A stretch of DNA of 64,000 bases, taken from Elusimicrobiota bacterium (GTDB lineage Bacteria > CG03 > SLGR01 > JAGXOG01). How positions within the stretch are numbered: the first letter of the stretch is position 1; each line of letters starts with the position of its first letter. Below, piece after piece: positions 56,701 to 64,000 of the stretch. Under the pieces are notes generated by a model. That model was not told the origin of the DNA. It was given only the letters and a program-made list of their open reading frames with translations, and searched no databases. A program made the translations under genes and the position numbers. The stretch spans positions 1,096 through 65,095 of the forward strand of contig JBNJDT010000005.1 of the NCBI GenBank assembly GCA_051745145.1, written 5' to 3'.

Positions 56701-58584
56701 CGGAAGCTTTCTAACGCCCGGCAGGATTTGGCTAGAAAAGAAAATCAGGTAAGAAAAGAGATAAGCTCCGATTTTGAGAATAAAATTTATAAATTAAAGT
56801 TAGATAAAGCTTTGGCAGAAAATGAGCTGGAATGGGTCCGTAAAAAGATGTATTCGGAAAGGAAGAAATGGGAAGAAGAGCTGGAAGAAAAGAAAGAAAA
56901 AAACCGTAAACTTAAATCTTCTGTTTCCGAGCGGATGACCCAGTTAGAGGAAGAATACGATCAGCGGTTTATGGATTTAAATCGGCGCAAGGAACGGCTG
57001 GAGAGGGAAAAAGAAGAAAAAAGAAATAAGTTTGAACAGATAAAAACAGAATATAGGGATAAAATCGATAGCCTTCAGGAAAAGCTTCAGTTGCAGCGCC
57101 AGGAATATCAAGATAAAATTCAGCAGACCCGGCGTGAGCAGCAGCAAAGTCTTTCTGAATCTACGCAGATAAGGAGAAAATTAGAATTTAAAGTTGAATC
57201 TCTTCAGGAAAAACTTAGTTCTGAAGAAGAAAATAAAGAAGAGCTGGAGACGAAACTGGAAAATTACCGGGTTCAAAATTCTGAACTTGAACAGAAAATC
57301 AGCAAAGAACAACAAAATTATGAGCAAAAGATAATGCAGTTGAAAACTGAATTACAGGCTAAAGATACCGAATTAGAGCAGAAAATTGTTAAATTTCAGG
57401 CCCGTGCCTCACAAGAGAAAGCCAGATTGGAAGAGGAATTTAAGCGCAAAGAGAAGAACCTTAGAAATGAAATAGAAGAAAAAAGGAATAAGCTTGTTGC
57501 TAAAGAGGATGAACTTAAAAGATTAAAAGAAGAAATTAAGCGCCGTGAAGAAGGAGAGTCTCAGGAACTGGATCTGGCAAGACAGAAAGTTCGGATGTGG
57601 GAAGAAAAAGAAGAAGAACTTAAGTCCACTATTGAAAATTTAAAGGAAGAGGTTTATAAATCCAGGGAAAAGGAAAGCAAAGCCCGGATGGAAGCAGATA
57701 TGTTAAAAGAGAACCGGGAAAGAGAAATAAATTCCTGGAAAGAAGAAGTCCGGCTTTTAAAAAATTCTCATCAGGAAGAGAAAGAGATGCTTCTCGAAGA
57801 GCGGGAGAGATTAAAGGACGAGATTAACAATATAAAAGGGGATAAGGGATATTTAAGTCAAACCATAACTCAAAAAGAAGAGAAGATTAATGAGTTATCC
57901 AGGAATTTAGAGCAGCTTCAAACTTCCTATCGGGATAAGATTGAAAAAAAAGAAGAAGAATTAAAGGAGCTTAGAAATTCAAAAGAAAAAGAGATAGAAA
58001 GATTAGAAATAGAATATGAAAAAAAGATTCAACAGTTAAACGTAGAACAACAGAAAAAACTGGATGCCCAGGATGCTCACTGGCAGGAAAGGTATTCAAA
58101 CAGAGAACACGAGTTATTGAGTTCTAAAAATCAAGTACAGGAAAAACTTGAGGAATTAAGAAAAGAAAAATTAAGCAGTGAGAGACAATGGGATGTCAGG
58201 TTAAAAGAAAAAGAAGAAGAATTACAGAGAATTCAACTGGAAAAAGCCCAGAATGAATCGTACTATAATAAACAGCTGAATAAAGCTAAAAAACGGCTTA
58301 ATAACTTGATAGCAAAATATAAGAGTATAAAAGAAAATTTAAAAGATAAACAGGAAGAAAACAGGGAACTTAGAGCTCAGATGGCCCAGAGAGATATTCA
58401 ATGGAAGACTGCTTACCGGAATAAAAGAATAGAAGTTAAAAAACTAATGTTTAAATTAGAGCAGAGCCGTAAAAGCAAAATATCAAAATTTTTACAGAAA
58501 ATAACCGGTAAGAAAAAGCAAAAAGAAGAGAATCTTGATAATGAGATTGAAAAAATCAGAAAAACAAATAATATAACTAATTAA
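53725..58584 (+). CDS. Giant coiled-coil protein 2 (1619 aa), paralogous in composition to protein 1
   Basis: Starts 11 nt after gene 1. Same E/K/R/Q/L-dominated helical low-complexity sequence with recurring W-x-E/R-K/R-L motifs. No TM segment, signal peptide or NTP-binding motif. Confidence 0.7.
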   Translation: MSREELRKQVEKLRERLRREEKKRRQLLREKEKENFELKQNYEKRKNELENKIADLKNKIEHLDSRKKTELKKQQQAYNDKITAKEKEVEQLRREKTQLARKDKLKFKQHQSDAEQKINELKRKKRELKTQIEEQKSKFSDFQDRLEAEKQQLKHEKELTRTDLQKEKAILSQEYREKEEEYNRKIRELSSRVDFLEEKLEDKKETLKREVSARDAEINALREEKKSEIQRLNNRINEKNRQKEELLSELEEVKKRYHDEIDSKISENKVLESQLTLKEEELTEKIRQKNNKIESLTQEINSLKRETDDKIRNLENIRSKEKEEYENRISRLNFEIESLNEKIEKTNEMREVENKNWREKIEQLQNDHSVEIARRDIEEEERESEYRSQITELKNKLKQVDKSLEQLEDEKQDLKDETRKRIADKQDKIDNLERTIEKLKSEKEDQRKRKEAQIDRIKEDLEAKLENYKELSAEESRDLKGKLERVKEEKNNLQLEKDKQIESLNQKLRAKIEELDNFREVSANKEAKWRERLQEVKQEKNITEDEKEEKEKQLENLRNRLDRETREMAEELEKKKEHWEWLVSQKQNEIQNLKDKYRSEIHKIKEEYQDKEQKLKAARAGLEKSVKELSDRMESERSEKYEELKEKDEKIQNLKSRLESQRVELKQKYKDEYNELEKRRTNLSQKVNELENKLHAQRETWQERLQTKERELEDARQNMKDREEELYNVWREKRKANNKRIFELSNKIEELEEKKKRENRELEEKLERQKEKNRENNIENIRREKEIETEYREKINSLIREKDKLKNDNSVLKEKLNSERIKSFRKLREKSEEIEKIRDKARSDSEQIYNDYKEKEKELRETQNRLDDLRFKKNREIKELNRKLQEKESEKTRLLNEIEHFEEDKKRVIRRRQEDFERDKKLLRNELERLKNKKDELYEKLEQKENRQNEKINNLMQEFQEKEDNLINNFAQKEKKLVGKISNLEDELNQANRKLSNARQDLARKENQVRKEISSDFENKIYKLKLDKALAENELEWVRKKMYSERKKWEEELEEKKEKNRKLKSSVSERMTQLEEEYDQRFMDLNRRKERLEREKEEKRNKFEQIKTEYRDKIDSLQEKLQLQRQEYQDKIQQTRREQQQSLSESTQIRRKLEFKVESLQEKLSSEEENKEELETKLENYRVQNSELEQKISKEQQNYEQKIMQLKTELQAKDTELEQKIVKFQARASQEKARLEEEFKRKEKNLRNEIEEKRNKLVAKEDELKRLKEEIKRREEGESQELDLARQKVRMWEEKEEELKSTIENLKEEVYKSREKESKARMEADMLKENREREINSWKEEVRLLKNSHQEEKEMLLEERERLKDEINNIKGDKGYLSQTITQKEEKINELSRNLEQLQTSYRDKIEKKEEELKELRNSKEKEIERLEIEYEKKIQQLNVEQQKKLDAQDAHWQERYSNREHELLSSKNQVQEKLEELRKEKLSSERQWDVRLKEKEEELQRIQLEKAQNESYYNKQLNKAKKRLNNLIAKYKSIKENLKDKQEENRELRAQMAQRDIQWKTAYRNKRIEVKKLMFKLEQSRKSKISKFLQKITGKKKQKEENLDNEIEKIRKTNNITN

Positions 58585-58615
58585 AAGAGAAATATAAAAT
58601 TGAAAAGGACAACTT

Positions 58616-60796
58616 ATGAAAAAGATTTTAAATATAATTTTTAAACCCAAAAAAGGAGTTCAAGAAATTCTTGAAACAGAACCGATATTTTCCGGTTTAT
58701 TTATTTTTATCCTTTCGGTAATAGCAGGGAACTTTAATTTAATGAAAAATATAGCAGAACCGGGAATTTCTATTGCCCTTTATCATATTTTTATTGTAAT
58801 TTTATTGTGGGCCGGTGTTCTTAGCATTGTTAACTTACTAATAACGGGGATTATTAAAATGTTAACCACTTTTTCTTCCGGAATTTTGACCGGCGAAAGA
58901 TTTAGAAAATTATTTATAGCAGAATTATATATTTCTGTTATTTTAATTTTACGGCCCCTGTTTGCGATATTTATATCAAATAAACTTGCCTGGATTATTC
59001 TATTTATATGGGGAGTAACTTTAATTTTACTAAGTATAATTTCACTGTGGAATATTACAGAGATAAAGGGTGCTCTGGTTTTAGGCACTTCACTATTGAT
59101 TGTATTTCTGGGATACCGTTTTATAAAAGAGGAAAGAGAATATATTGATGACGGGGATTTCAAAGTATTCATAGAAGATATTGATAAAACTTTACCGGCG
59201 GAAAATGTAGAATTACTGGGCTTTAAAAATAGCGATTCAGAAAACTATGATTATAAAGAGTTAGTTGATACTCTGGATACATTTACAGATAAATATCCCG
59301 AATCTCCGGTCCTTCCTTATGCCCTATTGATTAAGGGCAGAATTAAGCATTTTAAGGGCGAAATTAAACAGGCAGAGAAATCTTACAAAAAAATTTTAAA
59401 ATACGATAAGTTGCCTTCCAATATTAAAAATACGGTATTGCTGAATTTAAAAGATATGCTGAGTAAACAGGAATATATGGAGCTTCCCTTAAGTAATACG
59501 GCTTTAAAATGGAAGGATAATTTAAGGATAATGGGATTTCCTCAAAATTTTGCCTATTACCGCGGAAATATAAGAACAGTTTATACTGTAAATAAATTTA
59601 TCGATTCCCGGGAAACTTTTAAATCTTCTACTACATTGAGTGCTGTTATCTCCAATATAAAAGGCACAGAATTTGAAGACGACATACACTTTAAAGTTGC
59701 GCAAAAACTTACCCAGAAAGAGGACTCTGCCGGAGCAGAGGAATATTTTAACAAGGCTATTCAGTCCGGCACCCGGGCAAGTAAAAATAGAATAAGGGTT
59801 GAGTCTGTAATAAATTATATAGAGCAGCGCACCGGCCTGGATATGCTGACTGAAAAATTTACCCCCCCGTTTGCCTTGCTCCAAAAAGCAAAGTTTTTAA
59901 AGGAAAAAGGAAATACAAAAGAGGCCGCAGCTGCTTACCGGGAGTTATTAAACCGGTTTTCGGAGCATATTCTGGGAAGTGAAGCTTTGATGGAACTGGC
60001 TAAGATAGCGGAGGAAGAAGGGGAATTTAAACAGGCAGCTTTACATTACCGTACTTTGCTGTCTAAATATCCTCTGAGTCATTTGCGGCAAAAGGCGGTT
60101 CATAAGAAAATATTAATTGACCATAACTTAGATAAACCGGATCTGCTGTATTCTTACAGCCGGGCCTGGAAAAAATGGCAGCAGGAAGAATACGGGGAAG
60201 CGATAAAAATTTACAGGAGTCTAATTGAAAAATTTCCCGATTCAGAAGTAGCTTATGAACTTCAATTTAATATTGGGAAGTATTACAAAAATAATGGTGA
60301 TTATATGGAGGCGCTTTCTGATTTCAGGGCCGGATACCGTAAATTTAAAGACACTCCCCGGGGTTTTGATTTTGGATGTCAGGTAGGCGAGATATTGCAT
60401 GAGAATCTTAAATATTACCGACGCGCTGTTAATTGGTATAAAGCTTTAAGTAAAGAATATGAAGCCGGTTATCAATCGCCGTTGAGCGGGCTTGAGAATA
60501 TAGATATTATGTGGACAGCCGCTGATATATGTAAAGAAAAACTCAGGGATTACAATGAAGCCAAAAATATTTACTATGATGTACAGGAAAGATTTAATGA
60601 TCCTAATATAGTTGCCCGCGCTCTTTATAATATAGCCTGGATCGATGAAAATATATATAATGATTATGCTTCGGCTGTAGGAAATTACCAAAAATTAACT
60701 GCCGAATATGCAGACTTAGAATGGGGGAGCAAAGCGAAAAAGGAACTGGAAAATATCCACAACCGCGGTGTCCGTTTGCTTGAACGGTATAGATAA
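58616..60796 (+). CDS. Yip1-like polytopic membrane domain fused to a long TPR-repeat domain
   Basis: The N-terminal ~170 aa carry 5 TM helices of Yip1/DUF1282 type. The C-terminal ~550 aa are TPR-like repeats rich in Y/A/L/K/E. Confidence 0.55.
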   Translation: MKKILNIIFKPKKGVQEILETEPIFSGLFIFILSVIAGNFNLMKNIAEPGISIALYHIFIVILLWAGVLSIVNLLITGIIKMLTTFSSGILTGERFRKLFIAELYISVILILRPLFAIFISNKLAWIILFIWGVTLILLSIISLWNITEIKGALVLGTSLLIVFLGYRFIKEEREYIDDGDFKVFIEDIDKTLPAENVELLGFKNSDSENYDYKELVDTLDTFTDKYPESPVLPYALLIKGRIKHFKGEIKQAEKSYKKILKYDKLPSNIKNTVLLNLKDMLSKQEYMELPLSNTALKWKDNLRIMGFPQNFAYYRGNIRTVYTVNKFIDSRETFKSSTTLSAVISNIKGTEFEDDIHFKVAQKLTQKEDSAGAEEYFNKAIQSGTRASKNRIRVESVINYIEQRTGLDMLTEKFTPPFALLQKAKFLKEKGNTKEAAAAYRELLNRFSEHILGSEALMELAKIAEEEGEFKQAALHYRTLLSKYPLSHLRQKAVHKKILIDHNLDKPDLLYSYSRAWKKWQQEEYGEAIKIYRSLIEKFPDSEVAYELQFNIGKYYKNNGDYMEALSDFRAGYRKFKDTPRGFDFGCQVGEILHENLKYYRRAVNWYKALSKEYEAGYQSPLSGLENIDIMWTAADICKEKLRDYNEAKNIYYDVQERFNDPNIVARALYNIAWIDENIYNDYASAVGNYQKLTAEYADLEWGSKAKKELENIHNRGVRLLERYR

Positions 60797-60811
60797 TTTT
60801 ATCAAAGAAAA

Positions 60812-61468
60812 GTGTCTTCGGTAATAGCGGTAAGAAATGTTTTCTGGCGCCCCTCCGGACCGTATGCCCGGGAAATACTTAAAAATATAAGTATAGATAT
60901 TAAAGAGGGGGATTTTGTAATTTTACGGGGCCCGGCCTGTTCCGGTAAAACCAGTCTATTAAAAACAATATACGGCGACTTATCTCCTTCCTCCGGAATA
61001 GTGGCATTTAAAAACAGGAACTATGAAAACACTTCTAAAAAAGAATTGAAGAATATAAAGAAAAACATAGCTTTCTGTACAGAATTTCCTAAGTTTATAG
61101 ATACTGCCTCTCTATTTGAAAATCTAAAATTCATATTAAAGTTAAAAAAGATACCTGAAGAGATTGTGTTTGACAAGATTATACATATTTTAAAACTAAC
61201 TAATTTAATTTCTATCAGGGATATTACGCCAGATAAATTATCATCTACAGAGAGAAAATTATTTTCACTGGCCCTGGAGTTAATAAAAGAAAAAGAAATA
61301 TTTCTGTGTGATTTTAATCTTTCCGGCCATAGTGACACGCAGATTATTGATATACTTAAGAGTATTTCTTACAGGGAGGGAGCGGTGGTAATTACTGCCA
61401 AAGAAGATGTGAAATTTAAAGCTATGAATATAAAATATATAAATATGGATAATGGATACATTAAGTAA
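60812..61468 (+). CDS. ftsE: FtsE-like ABC ATPase with degenerate catalytic motifs
   Basis: Walker A GPACSGKTS. Signature-like LSSTERKLFSLA. Walker B IFLCDFN (catalytic Glu replaced by Phe). No H-loop His. 218 aa, followed by ftsX and envC. Confidence 0.6.
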   Translation: MSSVIAVRNVFWRPSGPYAREILKNISIDIKEGDFVILRGPACSGKTSLLKTIYGDLSPSSGIVAFKNRNYENTSKKELKNIKKNIAFCTEFPKFIDTASLFENLKFILKLKKIPEEIVFDKIIHILKLTNLISIRDITPDKLSSTERKLFSLALELIKEKEIFLCDFNLSGHSDTQIIDILKSISYREGAVVITAKEDVKFKAMNIKYINMDNGYIK

Positions 61469-62249
61469 ATTATTAACTGGTTTTTTAATTGTACTGGGAG
61501 GGATAGCTTTAAGGAGCTTTTTAATCGCTGATGAAATAGACAGTTATTTTGAAGATAAATTATTAGCCCCCTTAAGCATAGCTGTTTATATGGAAGAAGA
61601 AATTTCAGAAAAAGCAACCGATTCTATAAGGAAAGAGATAAAAAAATACGGAATTATTTTTGAAAAAAACTTCTATTCATCGCAAGAAATTTACAGTAAT
61701 TTAAAGGAAGATCCCCAGGTCAAGCATCAACTTAGTTTAGTCGGTGAAGATTTTTTATTTCCCCCTACTTTGGAATTAGGAGTTAATAAGTTGTCTTTTG
61801 AAAAACTTAATAAAATTTTAAAACAGTTATCTAAACAGGAGTTTATAAAAAGAATAGATGCCCCAAAAGAGTTGTTCAGGGTAACGGAAAGGCTGGGTAA
61901 ACGCATGAAGCAGGGTTTACTTGTAGCTAAGTGGTTAAGTCTTATAACGGCTTTAATCCTTTTTAGCGCAGGCACCTATATTTATTATGATACTTTTGAA
62001 CCGGAAATATTATTTGGTCTGGAAAATGATTTTAAATTTTTTCGGATAATCCGTCCGGTACTTAAAGATATTTTATTTTACGGAATTTTAGCCGGAATTT
62101 CGGGAGCCTTTTTTTGGGATTATTTTTCCACCGAGCTTGATATTGAAATAATAACCGGGCCCCGGGAAGTTTTGATTTTAACGGCGGGGACGTTATTATT
62201 GTCCTTTATTTTCTTTATAATAAACACTCAATTGAGAATTGAGGTATGA
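61452..62249 (+). CDS. ftsX: FtsX-like cell-division permease
   Basis: N-terminal TM segment, a ~130-aa extracytoplasmic domain, then three C-terminal TM segments. 265 aa. Overlaps the ftsE-like gene. Confidence 0.6.
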   Translation: MDTLSKLLTGFLIVLGGIALRSFLIADEIDSYFEDKLLAPLSIAVYMEEEISEKATDSIRKEIKKYGIIFEKNFYSSQEIYSNLKEDPQVKHQLSLVGEDFLFPPTLELGVNKLSFEKLNKILKQLSKQEFIKRIDAPKELFRVTERLGKRMKQGLLVAKWLSLITALILFSAGTYIYYDTFEPEILFGLENDFKFFRIIRPVLKDILFYGILAGISGAFFWDYFSTELDIEIITGPREVLILTAGTLLLSFIFFIINTQLRIEV

Positions 62250-63421
62250 ATTTTAAAAAAACAGGAATTATTTTTACGGGACTGATACCCGTTCTTTTTT
62301 TAAGTACAGTTTTTGCGGCCCCCCCGGAGAAGATAAAAAAGACCCAGAATAAAATAGAAACTCAGGAAAGCCAGCTCCTGCAGCTCAATAAAGAAATAGA
62401 AAAATATGAAAGAAATTTAAGGGAATTAACTGACCGGGAAAATGAATTATTCGGTAAGATAAACAGTATAAAAGAAAATTTAAAACAGCAGAGCAAAAAG
62501 TTAAATGAGACAAAAATTAAGATAGCAGATGTAAAGAAAAAAATAGATAAACTTAATAAAAATTTGGTCCAGGCCCGGGAGGAGGGTAAGAAATACAGTA
62601 AATATTTAAAAGATTCATTAAAATTTTACTATTATAAAAATTTTAGTGAAAAAATGTTGCCGTGGTACAGCAGTTATCTGGGAGCGGATAAAAATTTTTG
62701 CTATTACGCCGGAGAATTAGTAAAAGCCCCGGCCCAAAAATATACCGGTATCCAGAAAAAAATCCAGGAAATAAGTAATTTAACCCGGGACCTTGAAAAA
62801 GAAAATAATAATCTGGTAAAATTAAAAGAAACGCAGTTAAGTATGCAAAAAAAATATCAGTCCCGGAGAGAGGAACAGCTTGAAATTTTAAAAAAGGTTA
62901 AAGCCCGCCGGGAAAATCAGAAAAATGAGATTCAAAACCTGAAGGAAGAAAGAAAAGAGCTTAAAAATTTAATAACCTCCCTAAAAAAAGAAGTTAAAAA
63001 TCTGGAGAGGTTAGAACATTTATCCCAGTATTTAGTGGAAGCGAAAGGAGAGCTTCCCTGGCCGGTAAAGGGAGAAGTTGTCTCCCGGTTCGGCAAGCAG
63101 CAACACCCCCGGTTAGATACGTATATATATAACCGGGGAATTAAAATAGAAGTTTCCGAAAGCAGGGAAGTCAAATCCGTGGCCGCCGGCGAAGTCGTTT
63201 TTGCCGATGAATTTCAGGGAAGAGGGAAAATGATAGTTGTGGATCACGGAGAAGATTACTATTCTATATACGGGGATTTAGGCGACATAGACGTGGGGGT
63301 GGGAATAGAGCTGAAACCATTAACTGTTTTGGGTTCTACAGGAAATTCTCCCCTGTATTTTGAAATAGGAAAGGGGTCTACTCCTGAAAATCCCCTGGAC
63401 TGGCTGGAGAGAAAAAAATAA
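62246..63421 (+). CDS. envC: Coiled-coil M23-peptidase-domain protein (EnvC-like murein hydrolase activator)
   Basis: Signal peptide, a long coiled coil, and a C-terminal LytM/M23 domain (VVDHGEDYYSIYGDL...LGSTGNSPLYFEI). Confidence 0.8.
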   Translation: MNFKKTGIIFTGLIPVLFLSTVFAAPPEKIKKTQNKIETQESQLLQLNKEIEKYERNLRELTDRENELFGKINSIKENLKQQSKKLNETKIKIADVKKKIDKLNKNLVQAREEGKKYSKYLKDSLKFYYYKNFSEKMLPWYSSYLGADKNFCYYAGELVKAPAQKYTGIQKKIQEISNLTRDLEKENNNLVKLKETQLSMQKKYQSRREEQLEILKKVKARRENQKNEIQNLKEERKELKNLITSLKKEVKNLERLEHLSQYLVEAKGELPWPVKGEVVSRFGKQQHPRLDTYIYNRGIKIEVSESREVKSVAAGEVVFADEFQGRGKMIVVDHGEDYYSIYGDLGDIDVGVGIELKPLTVLGSTGNSPLYFEIGKGSTPENPLDWLERKK

Positions 63422-63523
63422 TTTAAGTATTTCAATTTTATTAGGGAAACAGTTGATTTTTTAGGTCGCGGGCAGTATACTATTCATGAGAAGCTGAATT
63501 GTATATGTAAAAAGGAGATTTAA

Positions 63524-64000
63524 ATGCGTAAGATAAATTTAAAGATAAAGGTGATTTTTATAATAGGAGTTATTGCAATGACGGTGGTAGCTGCAAGAGA
63601 TTATGGGGTGCTTTACTCTAAACAGACTAATTCTAATAACTCTAATGAAGACAATATTTCCCAGCAGATGCGGTTATTTACGGATGCGTTTATGCTTGTC
63701 AAAGAAAATTATGTGGAAGAGATTAATGCCGTAGATCTGGTACACGGTGCTATAAAAGGTATGATTGGCGCGCTGGACCCTTATTCTCAATTTATGGAAC
63801 CGGATATTTCTGAAGTGATAAAAGAGGATACCGAAGGCGAGTTCGGGGGGTTAGGTATAAGAATTACTACTCAGGATGGATACATAACCGTAATTACCCC
63901 CTTACCGGATACGCCCGCTTACCGTAAGGGAATACAGCCGGGAGATAAAATTGTCAAAATTGAAGGAGAATCTGCAGAAGGGATATCAGTTCATGAAGCT
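63524..64000 (+). CDS. ctpA: C-terminal processing peptidase (S41, CtpA-like); N-terminal part only, continues past the window end
   Basis: AAGGAG Shine-Dalgarno. Signal/TM segment, the FMEPDISEVIKEDTEGEFGGLGI motif typical of S41 tail-specific proteases, and the start of a PDZ domain (GIQPGDKIVKIEGE). Confidence 0.75.
   Translation, partial: MRKINLKIKVIFIIGVIAMTVVAARDYGVLYSKQTNSNNSNEDNISQQMRLFTDAFMLVKENYVEEINAVDLVHGAIKGMIGALDPYSQFMEPDISEVIKEDTEGEFGGLGIRITTQDGYITVITPLPDTPAYRKGIQPGDKIVKIEGESAEGISVHEA

Noticed and set aside
49679-58584. Giant coiled-coil proteins as SMC/MukB/RecN-type chromosome proteins
   Set aside because: There is no N-terminal Walker A, no C-terminal Walker B/signature, and no hinge. 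Composition is uniform coiled coil throughout.

Overview
This is a 64-kb window from a low-GC (about 37-38%) diderm (Gram-negative-type) bacterium. It is densely coding, mostly on the + strand. The window begins inside a complete V/A-type ATPase operon (atpI, partial, then atpK-E-C-F-A-B-D) whose last gene overlaps a GAF/HD-GYP phosphodiesterase. nadE and rsmI follow. Next come two unusually short, motif-degenerate ABC-type ATPases that are translationally coupled to an orphan Cache/PAS sensor histidine kinase. A minus-strand operon then fuses queuosine-precursor genes (queD-queE-queC-queF) to UDP-xylose synthesis (ugd-uxs). After it come a secreted Gly-rich protein, tRNA-Glu(UUC), a ThiI-like PP-loop ATPase and tRNA-Val(UAC). 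The classical outer-membrane/lipid A cluster follows (bamA-skp-lpxD-lpxC::fabZ-lpxA-msbA), then tRNA-Glu(CUC) and a stand-alone PHP domain homologous to the DnaE N-terminus. The next stretch holds bioY, a DUF456 protein, oppBCDF with no binding-protein gene, a DUF2723/TPR membrane protein, a PiT phosphate transporter, a gamma-carbonic-anhydrase-like protein, two envelope hypotheticals and a PHP phosphoesterase. A roughly 2.07-kb tandem duplication carries a CBS-domain gene plus a CPA2 cation/H+ antiporter. The first ~570 bp of the two copies are nearly identical, whereas the antiporter bodies have diverged to about 65% amino-acid identity. The downstream copy ends in a cobalamin riboswitch that controls btuF-btuC-btuD-btuB. 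The upstream copy carries a decayed relic of the same riboswitch. After tRNA-Asp(GUC) lie two adjacent giant, charged coiled-coil proteins of 1344 and 1619 aa with no enzymatic motifs. These are followed by a Yip1-like/TPR membrane protein, a catalytically degenerate ftsE-like gene, ftsX, envC (M23) and the start of a C-terminal processing peptidase. I found no CRISPR array, transposase or integrase.
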